Shown: positions 24,007 through 34,929 of the stretch, piece after piece
Numbering within the stretch: position 1 is the first letter of the stretch
Layout: each line of letters begins with the position of its first letter
Assembly: GCA_010093605.1 (NCBI GenBank)
Contig: MU004185.1
Location: forward strand, 1,695,334 to 1,759,333
Source: Lophium mytilinum
Lineage: Eukaryota
Length of the DNA: 64,000 bases
Direction of reading: 5' to 3'
Translations under genes and position numbers: made by a program
Notes under the pieces: generated by a model
Seen by the model: only the letters and a program-made list of their open reading frames with translations
Database searches by the model: none
What the model was told of the DNA's origin: nothing

Positions 24007-24541
24007 ATGGACCCCATCTCTACCTCGAACCCTCCCTCCGCTGCTACAGACGCCGCTCCCATCTCCCCCGTCGCCCGTAGTACCTCCATCCCGCACAAGA
24101 CTACTTCAGCTGCGACGACTTCAAAACCCTCCATCGATACCTCCACACCAGCGATCAACACCGAGCCGATCGAAATGGACGCTAGCCCGACTGTTGAAAG
24201 GCGGGAGACTGGCTTGAGTGAGGAGGGGGAGGGCAGGATGTTCAGCCCGGATCAGGACGATGAGATTATGGAGGAGTTGGGGGTGAAGGGGGATGGAGCG
24301 GGTGTCAGGGAGGTGAGTTTGAATACAAGTGTTATGATAAGATATATGGGCTAATGGGCTGGTGGTACAGAAGAGAGCAGCTATGCTCGCGGCACGCAGC
24401 AAGGACCCGGCGGTTTTGGTGGATATCCCTCATGACCCGAACGCAGAGGAGGTCGCGGCAGCGAATACGACTGCAGGCCAAGTGACCCCAGCCCCGGAGA
24501 GAGCGGATCCATTGGAATCAGGGCAGCAGGAGAGGTCATGA
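24007..24541 (+). CDS. Small hypothetical low-complexity protein (2 exons)
   Basis: ORF with GTGAGT donor at 24313, CTAAT branch and CAG acceptor at ~24371; the second exon KRAAMLAARSKDPAVLVDIP... is open to TGA at 24539-24541. Confidence 0.6.
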
Positions 24542-26255
24542 TAATGAAAATAAAGGTGGGATACTGCTGGTGGATGATGGGGCCAGGAAGTGGAGGTAAA
24601 CGGACGTATGAATTCATGAGAGCGGATGTTAGTTTGAGCGTTGCCAGCATGTCCTTAGAATCGATTACGCAGGGTATGTATCTCTTGAAGTTTCAACTGA
24701 TATCTCTCATTACGATCTTATGGTCCCTGAGCACCAAGCGCGCTTTAATTGTTCTCTGGTCAGTTGATTCTGCTATCGTTCCTCACTCTGCATCTCTGCA
24801 ATCCTGAAGCTCCAACGCCCCTTTCCCGCGCCTCGATACTACTGGGAACGAGTCCATTAATCCCAAACCCCATGACACACGCGTGCACCCGCCCGCTCAC
24901 GTGCTAGAATGTAGGTTCTCCTATATAAAACTCCCCAATTCTCTTCTTACACTTCTTCCAGCATGGGTTTCGAGGTCTTGGGCTACAAAATTGTCCTATC
25001 TCCGCACTAATGGCCTGGTCTGCAACATCGGCTTTCGTCTAGCGATATGAGTCGAGTGGTCGTGTCTGCTTCCAAAAAGTCGATCAAACCAGTTTATGGT
25101 GTGGATGGGAGTGTGTTGGATTAAGACAATCACCTACAGCAATCAATGCTAGTAGCAAACAGGGTCGCTCCATGTACATAACGTAGCGTCCCAACTCAAT
25201 ATCAGATGCTACGGCTTGCAATCAACAGAGTGTGGGTCCCAAAAGCTGACACGAATTAAAGCCATGGTGTTCGGGTGTTGGGAAGTAGAAGGTTTTCTGG
25301 CACTGGCTGATGGAGGTGGCAGCTTCAGGGATTCGGTGGTGATGAGCGTGATCGGGGGATGCTGGAGAGTATTGGGAGAAAACATGGCGAGTGGAAGAGG
25401 TTGTAGAAGGAAGTGAGGGTTGGTAGGGGTCGGTGGTGATCCAAATCATTGCAGTTGATGATGAGAGCAATTGGAGAGCATGTCGAAGAATATACTCTGC
25501 TGTCGCTATCCAATCCCACTCATGTGTCCGGGCACCTGTATGATGTTGATCTCAGAATCTCCATGAAGTGCTTCTTGATGCAATTTTTCTGGGTGTTCTT
25601 TCCTTTTCTTCTGTGAAATTGTTTCCTAGTAGAAAAAAATCTTTATATGTAGATGTTCAGGGGTGTTCCGTGGCAGTCACGTGAATAGCACATGACTTAG
25701 TCCACCCAGTAGATATGCAGTATGCAGCAAAATTTAAGAGTAATCCAACCTACAGAGATAATTCCCTTCTCATGGAAACAAGAGGCTTGGCGATAAAGTC
25801 GAAATGCTCAATTAGATCGTACAGTAAGACCAGGAGACATTGAGAAGCATTTCTTGGCTGTTACATAACTTCAGGCTGTGATATATCTCAGATTCTACTT
25901 CCATGAGGTTGGGAAATGTGACACCGTCTATATACGAGCTTCTTATGAAGAATTTGAATACAAAATGGGTACAAGAGCCACACGAAGCTGAAGAGCGTGT
26001 GGCGCAGGAAGATATCGTGGGGGCCAGACAGGAGACGGGATCTACATGCACAGCCCCTAATTCCAGGCACATGCGTCTATGCCAACAACTGGAGACCTCG
26101 ATAACCATGATGAAGACCCAATTGACGTGTTTGAGCACACATACGGGTCAATGTAGGTGTTACTCTCTCCGTAATGCGCTATCTTCTGACCGCAATCAGA
26201 TATACCCATAGAGCTCCCCATGCTTCCTTGAGCTATACTCAACCCCTCCAATGCG

Positions 26256-27263
26256 ATGGAGGTAGCTCTACGACCCGCGCCTAGTAGCGCAATCGCCCAT
26301 GGTACCGCGGTGGAAGTTCCTAGGCCATCTGACGCGGGCAGCGAGCTCCAATACTCTCTAGAAGACCTCACCGAAACCGACCGACGGCGCTTCAACACCA
26401 CCCAAGTCCTGGGCCATGGCGCGTACGCCTGGGTCGAAGAGGTCCAAGACCTGGTCAAAGGGGACACAGTAGCCATGAAAGTAATACCAGCCCTAAAACG
26501 GAAGCGCGAACAAACCAGGAAACGCGTCCAAGAAGAGGTAGAAATACTCCGGAAGATATCAGGGCATTGTCATATCGTACGGCTGCGACACGCGTTTGCT
26601 GAGAAACGAGGATTCTGCATTCTAGTTGAGCCAGTTGCGGAATGCGATTTGGCGGCTTTTTACGAGCATTGCGCTGCGGAAAAGTTCCCCGGGAAGATGA
26701 TACGGGAGATTAGGATGTGGTTCTCGTGTTTGGCGCATGGGTTGGAGTATATACATTCGCATCGGATACGGCATAAGGGTGTGTTCAAGCACTCGCTTTG
26801 TTGGATATATGCTGATTGAAGCCCAGATATCAAACCTCAGAACATTTTAGTGAAGGATGGGAACGTACTCTTCGCTGACTTCGGTCTTGCGAAAGATTTT
26901 GCGTCCTCCGACGGCCTGAGCAGTACGACGGAAGGCTACACACAGAAGACGCCAATGTACGCAGCTCCTGAAGTCCACCAGCAAGGTGAAAGGAGGTACT
27001 CTGCGGATATCTTCTCCCTAGGATGCGTGTTCGCAGAGCTTGCGTGTCTCCTAAACGGTGGGCCTGTGTCCGCCTTCTATGACTTCCGGATTAAATCGAA
27101 ATCATATGGCTCCGAAACTCATGCGTTTCACGAGACGCTTGATCTTGTTGATCTCTGGCTAGAGAAAAGTACACTCCGGATCTATCATGTTATCATGGAC
27201 ATGCTTGAAGAAGAGGCGAGCCAGAGACCAACTGCACTTGAACTTCAAGTGCTTATTTCATAA
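26256..27263 (+). CDS. Ser/Thr protein kinase domain (2 exons; 5' end uncertain)
   Basis: LGHGAYAWV, VAMK, HK|DIKPQNIL across an intron at ~26779-26826, DFG, YAAPE, DIFSLGCVF, RPTA. Confidence 0.85.
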
Positions 27264-27275
27264 AACTTCCCGGAG

Positions 27276-28166
27276 ATGCTCCCGTGCAGTCATGTTCCGA
27301 CAAATTCAGAGGGCGCGACAACGAGACCTATTCGCCCGGGACATTATCAAGTGGATCCTAAACGCCGGAGTATCGTCCCATCGCTTGTAGCTGAACCAGA
27401 AATTGCCAGTTGCGCCGTGGCCATAGGGGAGCAGTGTCAGGCAACCCAACCCACCTCTATCGTGGACAGCAGTAAGGCCTTCAAGGTAGAGTCCACCAGC
27501 TCCAACCGAAAAGAAATCTTCGAGCAGCATCTTCGAAAGATAAAGCCACCCCAGATCGCGGAACCATTCTCAAAACCAGCTATTCATGTCAAAAAGAAAG
27601 CGCTTTTGACTCCGCCCAAAATGACCACCTCAAAAGTCATCGTTCTGCTAGGCGCCGCTGGTGCAGGCAAATCTGCACTCGTGCGATCTTTCACTAGTGG
27701 CCGCTTTTACCATGACTACGATCCTACAATCCAGGACACTGCCTGCAAACCCGTCACCACCCGTTCCCTAACTACGCTCCTCCGCATCGTCGACACGGCC
27801 GGCCAGGACGAGTATGCTGAATTACGCGAAACCAGCGCGCTCGATGCGGACGGTTTCGTCATCGTTTACAGCATCGAGGATCGCGGGTCCTTCGATCGTG
27901 TACTTGGTTTTATCGAAGATGTCCAGCGGGTTTGGGCGTGGGCGCAGCAGCAGGGGCGGAAAGAGGAAGGGCAGCATCCACGGTTCCTGACAATCGTGGG
28001 GGCTAAGGCTGATTTAAAGGGAGAGCGATGTGTGCGGGTTGAAGAAGGGGAGAAGCTCGCGAAGAGTGTTGGGTGTCAGTTCTTAGAGACTAGTGCGAAG
28101 GAGAATTGGAATGTTGACGTTCTCTTTCGCGATGCTGTTGAGAGACTGGTGGAAGGAAATGGGTGA
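27276..28166 (+). CDS. Ras-family small GTPase domain with N-terminal linker (in frame with the upstream kinase; alternative start 27621)
   Basis: G1 GAAGAGKS, G2 YDPTIQD, G3 DTAGQDEY, G4 variant GAKADL, G5 ETSAK. Confidence 0.85.
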   Translation: MLPCSHVPTNSEGATTRPIRPGHYQVDPKRRSIVPSLVAEPEIASCAVAIGEQCQATQPTSIVDSSKAFKVESTSSNRKEIFEQHLRKIKPPQIAEPFSKPAIHVKKKALLTPPKMTTSKVIVLLGAAGAGKSALVRSFTSGRFYHDYDPTIQDTACKPVTTRSLTTLLRIVDTAGQDEYAELRETSALDADGFVIVYSIEDRGSFDRVLGFIEDVQRVWAWAQQQGRKEEGQHPRFLTIVGAKADLKGERCVRVEEGEKLAKSVGCQFLETSAKENWNVDVLFRDAVERLVEGNG

Positions 28167-29211
28167 GTGATGAGTACGCGCTCGCGTCGAGGTTATCGAA
28201 CTGCATCGCCCCAACTGTACCCTTTCCCGCCTTAGCTCGACATGTTTCGATGCCTTGGGAATGCTGGTAACGTCTGCAAAGGCCTGTAAGTTGAATGGTG
28301 TTGTTCCCCTTCGGTGCCCTCACTGACTGACAAACAAGCCTTGCGATAAGAGTCCGTTGCTAGTTGAAGAACGGCTAGCTTCAAGCTCTCGTTCTCGACC
28401 TCGCATTGAGTGTTCAGCATTGGACCCTTTCGAGGTATCCTTGAGGGCCATTCAGTCAACCGCTAGAGGCTTACCGACGCCTGCTAGGCAATGTGCGGGA
28501 ATAACGTATCGTTATTAACTTATTATGGGTGGAAAACTTGCGACGATGTCTCAAGGGCTAGCTCTGCTTTGAGACGGGCACATCAAGCTCAGCCTCTCTG
28601 GACGTCTGTAGCGCTGGGCTTCTTTCCAATTCGTCTGTGACTGGTGCGAGCAAACGCTGGGTATGGGCTGGCACACTCAGATTGGTCTACCCTGCAGCGG
28701 GCGAGCTGCAACACGAACATGCAGGCTTCGCAGCTGAGGCACCCTTCCGCAACGAAATCAATGTGTATCGGGCTAGTGGATTGAAAGCACCCAGCCTCGG
28801 AAGGTACTCGCCAAGTGCGCCAAAAGACTTCCATGTGTTTAGAATGCCTGGTTGTAGTCCTTGGAAGGTCCGGTTAGAGACCTACTGCTATACAATCTCG
28901 ATCTCTCGAACGGACATATACGTCCAGGCTGCAGCAAGGCTCTGCCGATTTGGATATGCCTCATGCAGGTTGGGGGGCTGTGTAGGCGGGGCTCGGGCCA
29001 TCAGCTTTACATACGGTCTCTTTCAAACTCCTTCATCATCGCCACTCCAATCTAATGACTTTGACGACATATTTGTGGATTAACAACACACAAAATCAGG
29101 ACTCAACTGATACTCGTCGCGTGCTCCGTACGCCCAGATACATTTCTTCGACGCGCGAGCTGGCGACGGCACTTCCGGTCGGTCGGATCAAGACCTTGGC
29201 CCAACTGGAAC

Positions 29212-31242
29212 ATGACTTCTACCAAATCCGCGAACGGGTCCTTACCCCTCTCATCCTCTGTTCAGGCCTTGAAGTGCCCGGTATGCGGCAATTTGGAGCC
29301 CAACACTCGACGTCCCTCGGGGCGCTATAAAACTCGCCTTGACCTTCTTCAAAAATCAAGGCAGGAAGGCTGTGAATTTTGCGCCTTGCTTGTGGATGGC
29401 ATACTTGCCCAAGAGTATGTTTTGGATGCCACGGATACCCTACTCATTACCATATATTATGACTTAAACATAAATTTGGAAGTTCGTAAAGTTTCTCTAA
29501 ACAAGGCGAAAGATGGCTCTAGCGGTACTTGGATCGCCAATTTAGAGTTTTTTACATATGAAGGTGAGTTCTCGTTCTCTTGTGCCTTCATATTCCTATT
29601 TCACCACTAAAAAATTGAAGGCTCAGAGGTGGCGCTGCCCCGTGTTCCAAATCGCCCACGCTTCAATGATTGTCCAAGCTCAGAAGAGAGCATTTTCAAA
29701 GTGAAGCAGTGGATTACTATGTGTGAATCTGCTTGGCACCATAGATGCAATGAATGGACTGTGGCATCAATGGCGGCTATCGACAAGCCGAAACGACTGA
29801 TATGTGTAGGCTCTCAAGACCATGCTCCGTTCTTATACGAGCCTTCTTTGGAATACCCAAATACGAAGTATATTGCCCTTAGTCATTGCTGGGGCAAAGT
29901 ACAGCCTATGCGCACACTCCAGGGAAATATCAAAGACATGAGGAAATCCATACCATGGATGGAGATGCCCAAGACTTTTCAAGATACCATCACAATAGCA
30001 CGGAAGCTGGGAATAGAATACGCGTGGATTGACTCGTTATGCATTGTGCAAGATGACCTTGATGACTGGGCGAAAGAATCTTCTAAGATGGGCGACATCT
30101 ACTCCGGAGCTTATCTCACTATCGCGGCCGCGGCGGCTCATGACAGTTCCGCGGGATTCTTAGGAGCACGTCAGAATCTTACAAAAGTGGTCTCTTTACG
30201 ACTGAAAGGGAGTTTAAAGGCTCACGATATTCATGTACGGCCAAGGCTTGATTCCCTGGGGAAGGGGCCATTGCAAGATCGTGGCTGGGCCTTCCAAGAG
30301 CGTATTTTGTCCCCAAGAATTCTCAGATTTCTGGAGCACGAGATGGAATGGGAATGTCACAGTGCAAGATGCTGTGAGTGTGAAAGCAGGATCTTATTCC
30401 TCAGCGAGCGGCTACCTATGCACTACACCTCGAACACAGACAGCACATATTTCTGGGGGCGTGATTTTGTTGCTGATTTCTCACGTCTGAAACTGACGCA
30501 AGAGATGGACACACTCCCAGCCCTATCGGGCATTGCTGCCTCTTATAGAGAAGTGACTGCGGAGGACTACTTGGCAGGACTATGGAAAACACACCTTGCA
30601 CCTGGACTTCTTTGGCGTTCCAAAACACCCGGTACACTACCTACAAGCTGGCGAGCGCCCTCGTGGTCGTGGGCTTCTGTAACTGGACCAGTTGACTATC
30701 GCTTCGCAGTTGGCCCAAACGTACACTCGTGTCACGTTGAAATCCTCCACGCACAATCCACGAAGGCAACAGCAGATCCATTCGGTCGCGTGTGTAGTGG
30801 GTTCATCGACATGAGAGGCCCGATCCTTCCGGCATTACTGAGCCGTGACAACTCGCAGCATCAAGTGATCCTCAGAGACTCACCAATGCCGCTTCGACCT
30901 CACTCCTCTAATGTCTATTTAGATACATGTATGGATGCGATGATCATTCCAACCTCGTCTGGGCCTCACAGGTCCCCCGTCAGGAGCCGCAACAAGCTTA
31001 AAGATCTAACCGAGGAGAGCCTTGTCGGAGAAATCTGGCTCATGGTCTTGTCTTCTGAATCAGGGCATCTATCTTTGTTTGGTTCAGGATCTCGAATAGT
31101 CTGTCTCATTCTTGGACTCTCGCCAAACGTGCAAGACTGTTATGAGCGGCTTGGTTTGTATGTCTATCGTTCCACAGCCCCATATTCCACAGCGCAAGAC
31201 TATATTGCCTCCATAGAGGCAAAAGAAGTCAGGGTCGTCTAA
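29212..31242 (+). CDS. HET-domain (heterokaryon incompatibility, PF06985-type) protein (2 exons)
   Basis: PKRLI, YIALSHCWG, PKTFQDTI, YAWIDSLCIVQDD, MGDIYSGAYLTIAA, RGWAFQERILSPR, YLAGLW, APSWSWAS. Intron at ~29564-29620. Confidence 0.92.
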
Positions 31243-32239
31243 TGAAGAGGACAACGGAAGTTAGTGGTAGAAGCTGGAGGCTAAATATGCGCTGAGGACA
31301 ATCCCGGTATTGCACCTAGGTACTGCACTACACATCTAAGGTCTTCGTATGCCAAATGCCAAGTAATATTCAAAGCTGGTGTGAGATCAGACTCTGTGCG
31401 ATGTATCCGCCATGTCTCTTCTGCCAAACACAGGCCACCCAAAGTGGACCGAGCCTCGATCCAGCAAGTGGGCAAAACCATTCTCGTTGTCCGACTAGTA
31501 GATCTTTGCCAACATTCTCTGCCCATCCAAGTTAATGAGTTTTTCAAGCATGTGGCCTGCTCCAACACGCGTGCATATAAGACAAAGATACATTCATATT
31601 ATGATGAATAGTATTACGACTTCAAATGCTCTGGAATTACTAAAAACAAAGACCGATGGCCCTTAAGACAACGGGAAATAGGGGGATCTCTATGGCCGCC
31701 GTGATATTAGCTGTGTTTGTCTGAGTAGCTTGTGCTATACCATATCAAAGCCTTTATATCCATCTTCAGCTGAATCCCGAATGGGCTTCAGGTATAGCGG
31801 TAGCCCTCCAGCGTAGATCAGAGCTTCTCTACGTTTCCGGGGATATTAGCGCCTGCTAAAAATCAATCTTCATGCACGACATGCACGTCAAACAAAAGCA
31901 TCAAACACAACCCCTTAATTCGAAGCCTGTCACTGCCACCGTCTTCTGTGAGGTCGATTTCCCTTGATACCTTTTTCTCTCCATCACAAGATAGGTTTGA
32001 TTTTTGTGAGTAAAACCACTTACCAGTGTACCACGAGTCAAAGTTGTCTCGCAAGTTCCGCGCATGCAATCGGACCATAGCCTCTTTCCAATCCAGCTCC
32101 GCCTGTTGCTGCGGATAGATCTTTGTCTGGCCGGCGTCCCGCGTGCCTTTAACTCCAGCTTTCCGGCAATGAACCCGTCGAACCAATCCCTTTTGTCACT
32201 GCACTCACTGCACCACCTCCTCTATAATTCTCTTGAATT

Positions 32240-33310
32240 TTTTGAGAGTTTGCACGAAAAGGCAGATTTTCCCCCAGTCCTTTCTCTTAGGTTGCAAGCT
32301 TGGCTTCGCCATTACAACGCCATTCTTGCAATCAACAAGTAGAAGCTGCACATTGGCCCCAGAGGTCATTAAGACCTGGCCGTTTCGATCCGCAATCCAA
32401 TACGAACGGTACGTGACAGCGTCGAAACTCGGTCATATTCACCCTTCTCCGCAGAAGCGGCAAACGGAGCCTGCAACCCATCGTCTAGAATGTCCTTGAT
32501 TCAGCTCTCGGGCAACATGCCCTGGCCACCTTGAAGAACGACTGACCAAGCCGAGCAATATCGCGAACAGTAGCGCAGATTCCAGCCGCGGCCCTGGCAT
32601 TGCCGCTGCGGTCTACAATGACAGCAGCGTCGCTTTCAGCCCCTATCGGTTGCCAGAGACATTCGCTAAGCGCTTCTAACAAGCGCTTGCCCGAGACTCG
32701 CTCAATGACCCAGCCCATAAGGTCGGCGTTGGCGGAGCTGTAGTCGAATGGCGGACTGTCCAGCCCATCAGCAGGCGTGGACAGCGAGCACAGGATTGTG
32801 GGGATGTAAGTGTGCAGATCCGTTGGCTGTTCATCTTACTCCAAGGGATATAAGCCCGTAGCTCTGCGATATGCGGGTGATGCGTCATCGTGGTCGACGC
32901 CCGATCGCATATCCAGCAACTGTCGAACCGTCACGCTTTCGCACGCAGATCCTTTGACCTCGGGACGTATGACGAGGCCAGAGCGTCGACGTCCAATTTG
33001 CCCTGTTCCACGAGTATGTCACAGAGGAGTCCGGTGACAGATTTTGATAACGAGAATGTGGCGTAGGCAGACTTTTCGGTGTTGGTCCGATCGTAATGAT
33101 CGTACACGACAACGCCATCTTGGGCACGACCAGCCCATCAGTTTCGGTTTGCGAGAGGAACGAGGATAAGTCCAAAGATGTGCTTTCCGGAAGATCGAGT
33201 CTAAAGCCGTCGAAAGCGTATGGTTTAGACCGTAAAAGTGGATGTTTCGGGACCTTCAATCGTCGCGTCGGTCTGGATGATTTGCTGACGTTTTGAAAGC
33301 CCCAGATATT
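32240..33310 (-). pseudogene. Degraded beta-lactamase-family serine hydrolase (6-aminohexanoate-dimer hydrolase-like)
   Basis: Fragments in several frames: WGFQNVS, TETDGLVV, FSLSKSVTG (SxxK), TVRQLLDMRSG, FDYSSANADLMGWVIERVSG (YxS), WQPIGAESDA, GICATVRDIARLG. Frameshifts and an in-frame stop are present. Confidence 0.75.
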
Positions 33311-34929
33311 GTGTCCTCACGTAAAGGCCTCCTTACTTAAAATCAACTTCTTTGATCCGATCCAATAGTTCCTGAAATCGACTCTAACGGCAAAAGAGCA
33401 TGGAGAGGTACCTAGACATTTCAGACTGATTTGTATGCATGAAAAGGGAAAGCTGGGAGGAGAGGTTGAGACTGGAAATCTAGAAACTTGGAGGGGGGCT
33501 TACGTCGACCTATAAAGCGAGTAGATTAATCAAACTTTTGGATAGGCAAATACGCAATTCTTCTTTAACACCTTTTTGTTTACTAGATTAACGGTAATAG
33601 AACCTCAAAAGGCTCTTCGGCTTGCATTCCAAACAAACCTGGGACTGATCACTGCGATAAATCGCACATTGTTACAGTCTCCCACAAAAGGAACTCTTTT
33701 CCCTGAGCTCATTACCCAAGCAGCTTCTAAACCACGTGATGCGCACATGGCTCTGCTCCGCTCCCGGTATAAAACCTCCCCCACACCCACACTGAATCTA
33801 CAGGAATGGCGGACGTTCTGTGTCCTGCAAAAATTTGCCAAAGCGAACGCGCATGTTGGCGTGGATACTTGGGGCCGGATCAACATCGGCCTTGATGAGA
33901 CGTCAAATTGGTGTGGTTCCACTTGCGAATTTGTTCATCAAATGCGTGAAACAAGGTCTCGAACGAAGTGAGGTCGCAGAGAGAAGGTGGAAAACATACA
34001 ACAACCTCGCCCCGTATGGCTGGCGGGACTGAGTGGGCGGTGGAGGGGTGTAGTGATGATATGTGTAAGTAATACGAGGCGATGTTGCCGAGTATCTTTG
34101 ATTCGAGAGGAGAAGTATCGGTGCCCCGGCTGGATGATGGTCTCGCGGAAAGGGGTGCTTCTCTGGCATCGTCAGGGGCTCTAGCATTCTCTCTTCTAAG
34201 ATCTCGTATCGACCATCACTGAGGAGTGATGGTGACCCTCATCTTCGAAAAGTGCGATGCGTACCTTCCTCTCACCCTCCCCAACTCCACTCCATGCAGA
34301 GTCTGTATCGGCACTTTTGATCCCCAATCCCTCCACCAAGCTCCATTTGACTGGAGGGAAGCTTCTGATCACGGAACCCATGATCCGTAGATTCGGGCAC
34401 TTTTTGAACACTTCCGAACCTCACCTCCATCTCGCTGCGAAGAATCTAAGTCCAGCTAGAGGAAGTAACATTATACCTCGCGTGATCCATAGTCACGTGG
34501 CTAATACGTGATATCAGCTGGCTCACCGACATATGTCTAGCGCAGCCCGTATAAGGACTTGTGGAATGGGATGATGCTCCGACGGATCACTTGGCTCAGT
34601 CTGGATGGTTTGCGATAGAATTATTGCTTTGCTAGAAGAAGGGCAGGAAGGAAGTGAGGTAAGAACTTCAAGAAAGGTTTCCTCACGTACCCCGAGCTTG
34701 ATTTGTGTTGCAAAAGAAGCATGAAATCGTACCAATATATTTCTCGAATAGTAATATAATACGTCGTAATAAGACATGCGTAGGCTCGCCAAGTAGGTAT
34801 CAAGAAAATCCAACCCCTTTTGTACCCCAAATATATCCAATTCAACCCAATCTCCCTCATCATCCAAATCATTACCTCCCAAGACCAGACTGCCCAAAGG
34901 AGAAGAAGCGAAAATGAACAAGTACACCC

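Noticed and set aside
25772..26255. Possible upstream exons of the kinase
   Set aside because: Splice-like signals exist, but the joins I tried hit stop codons; not supportable without cDNA.
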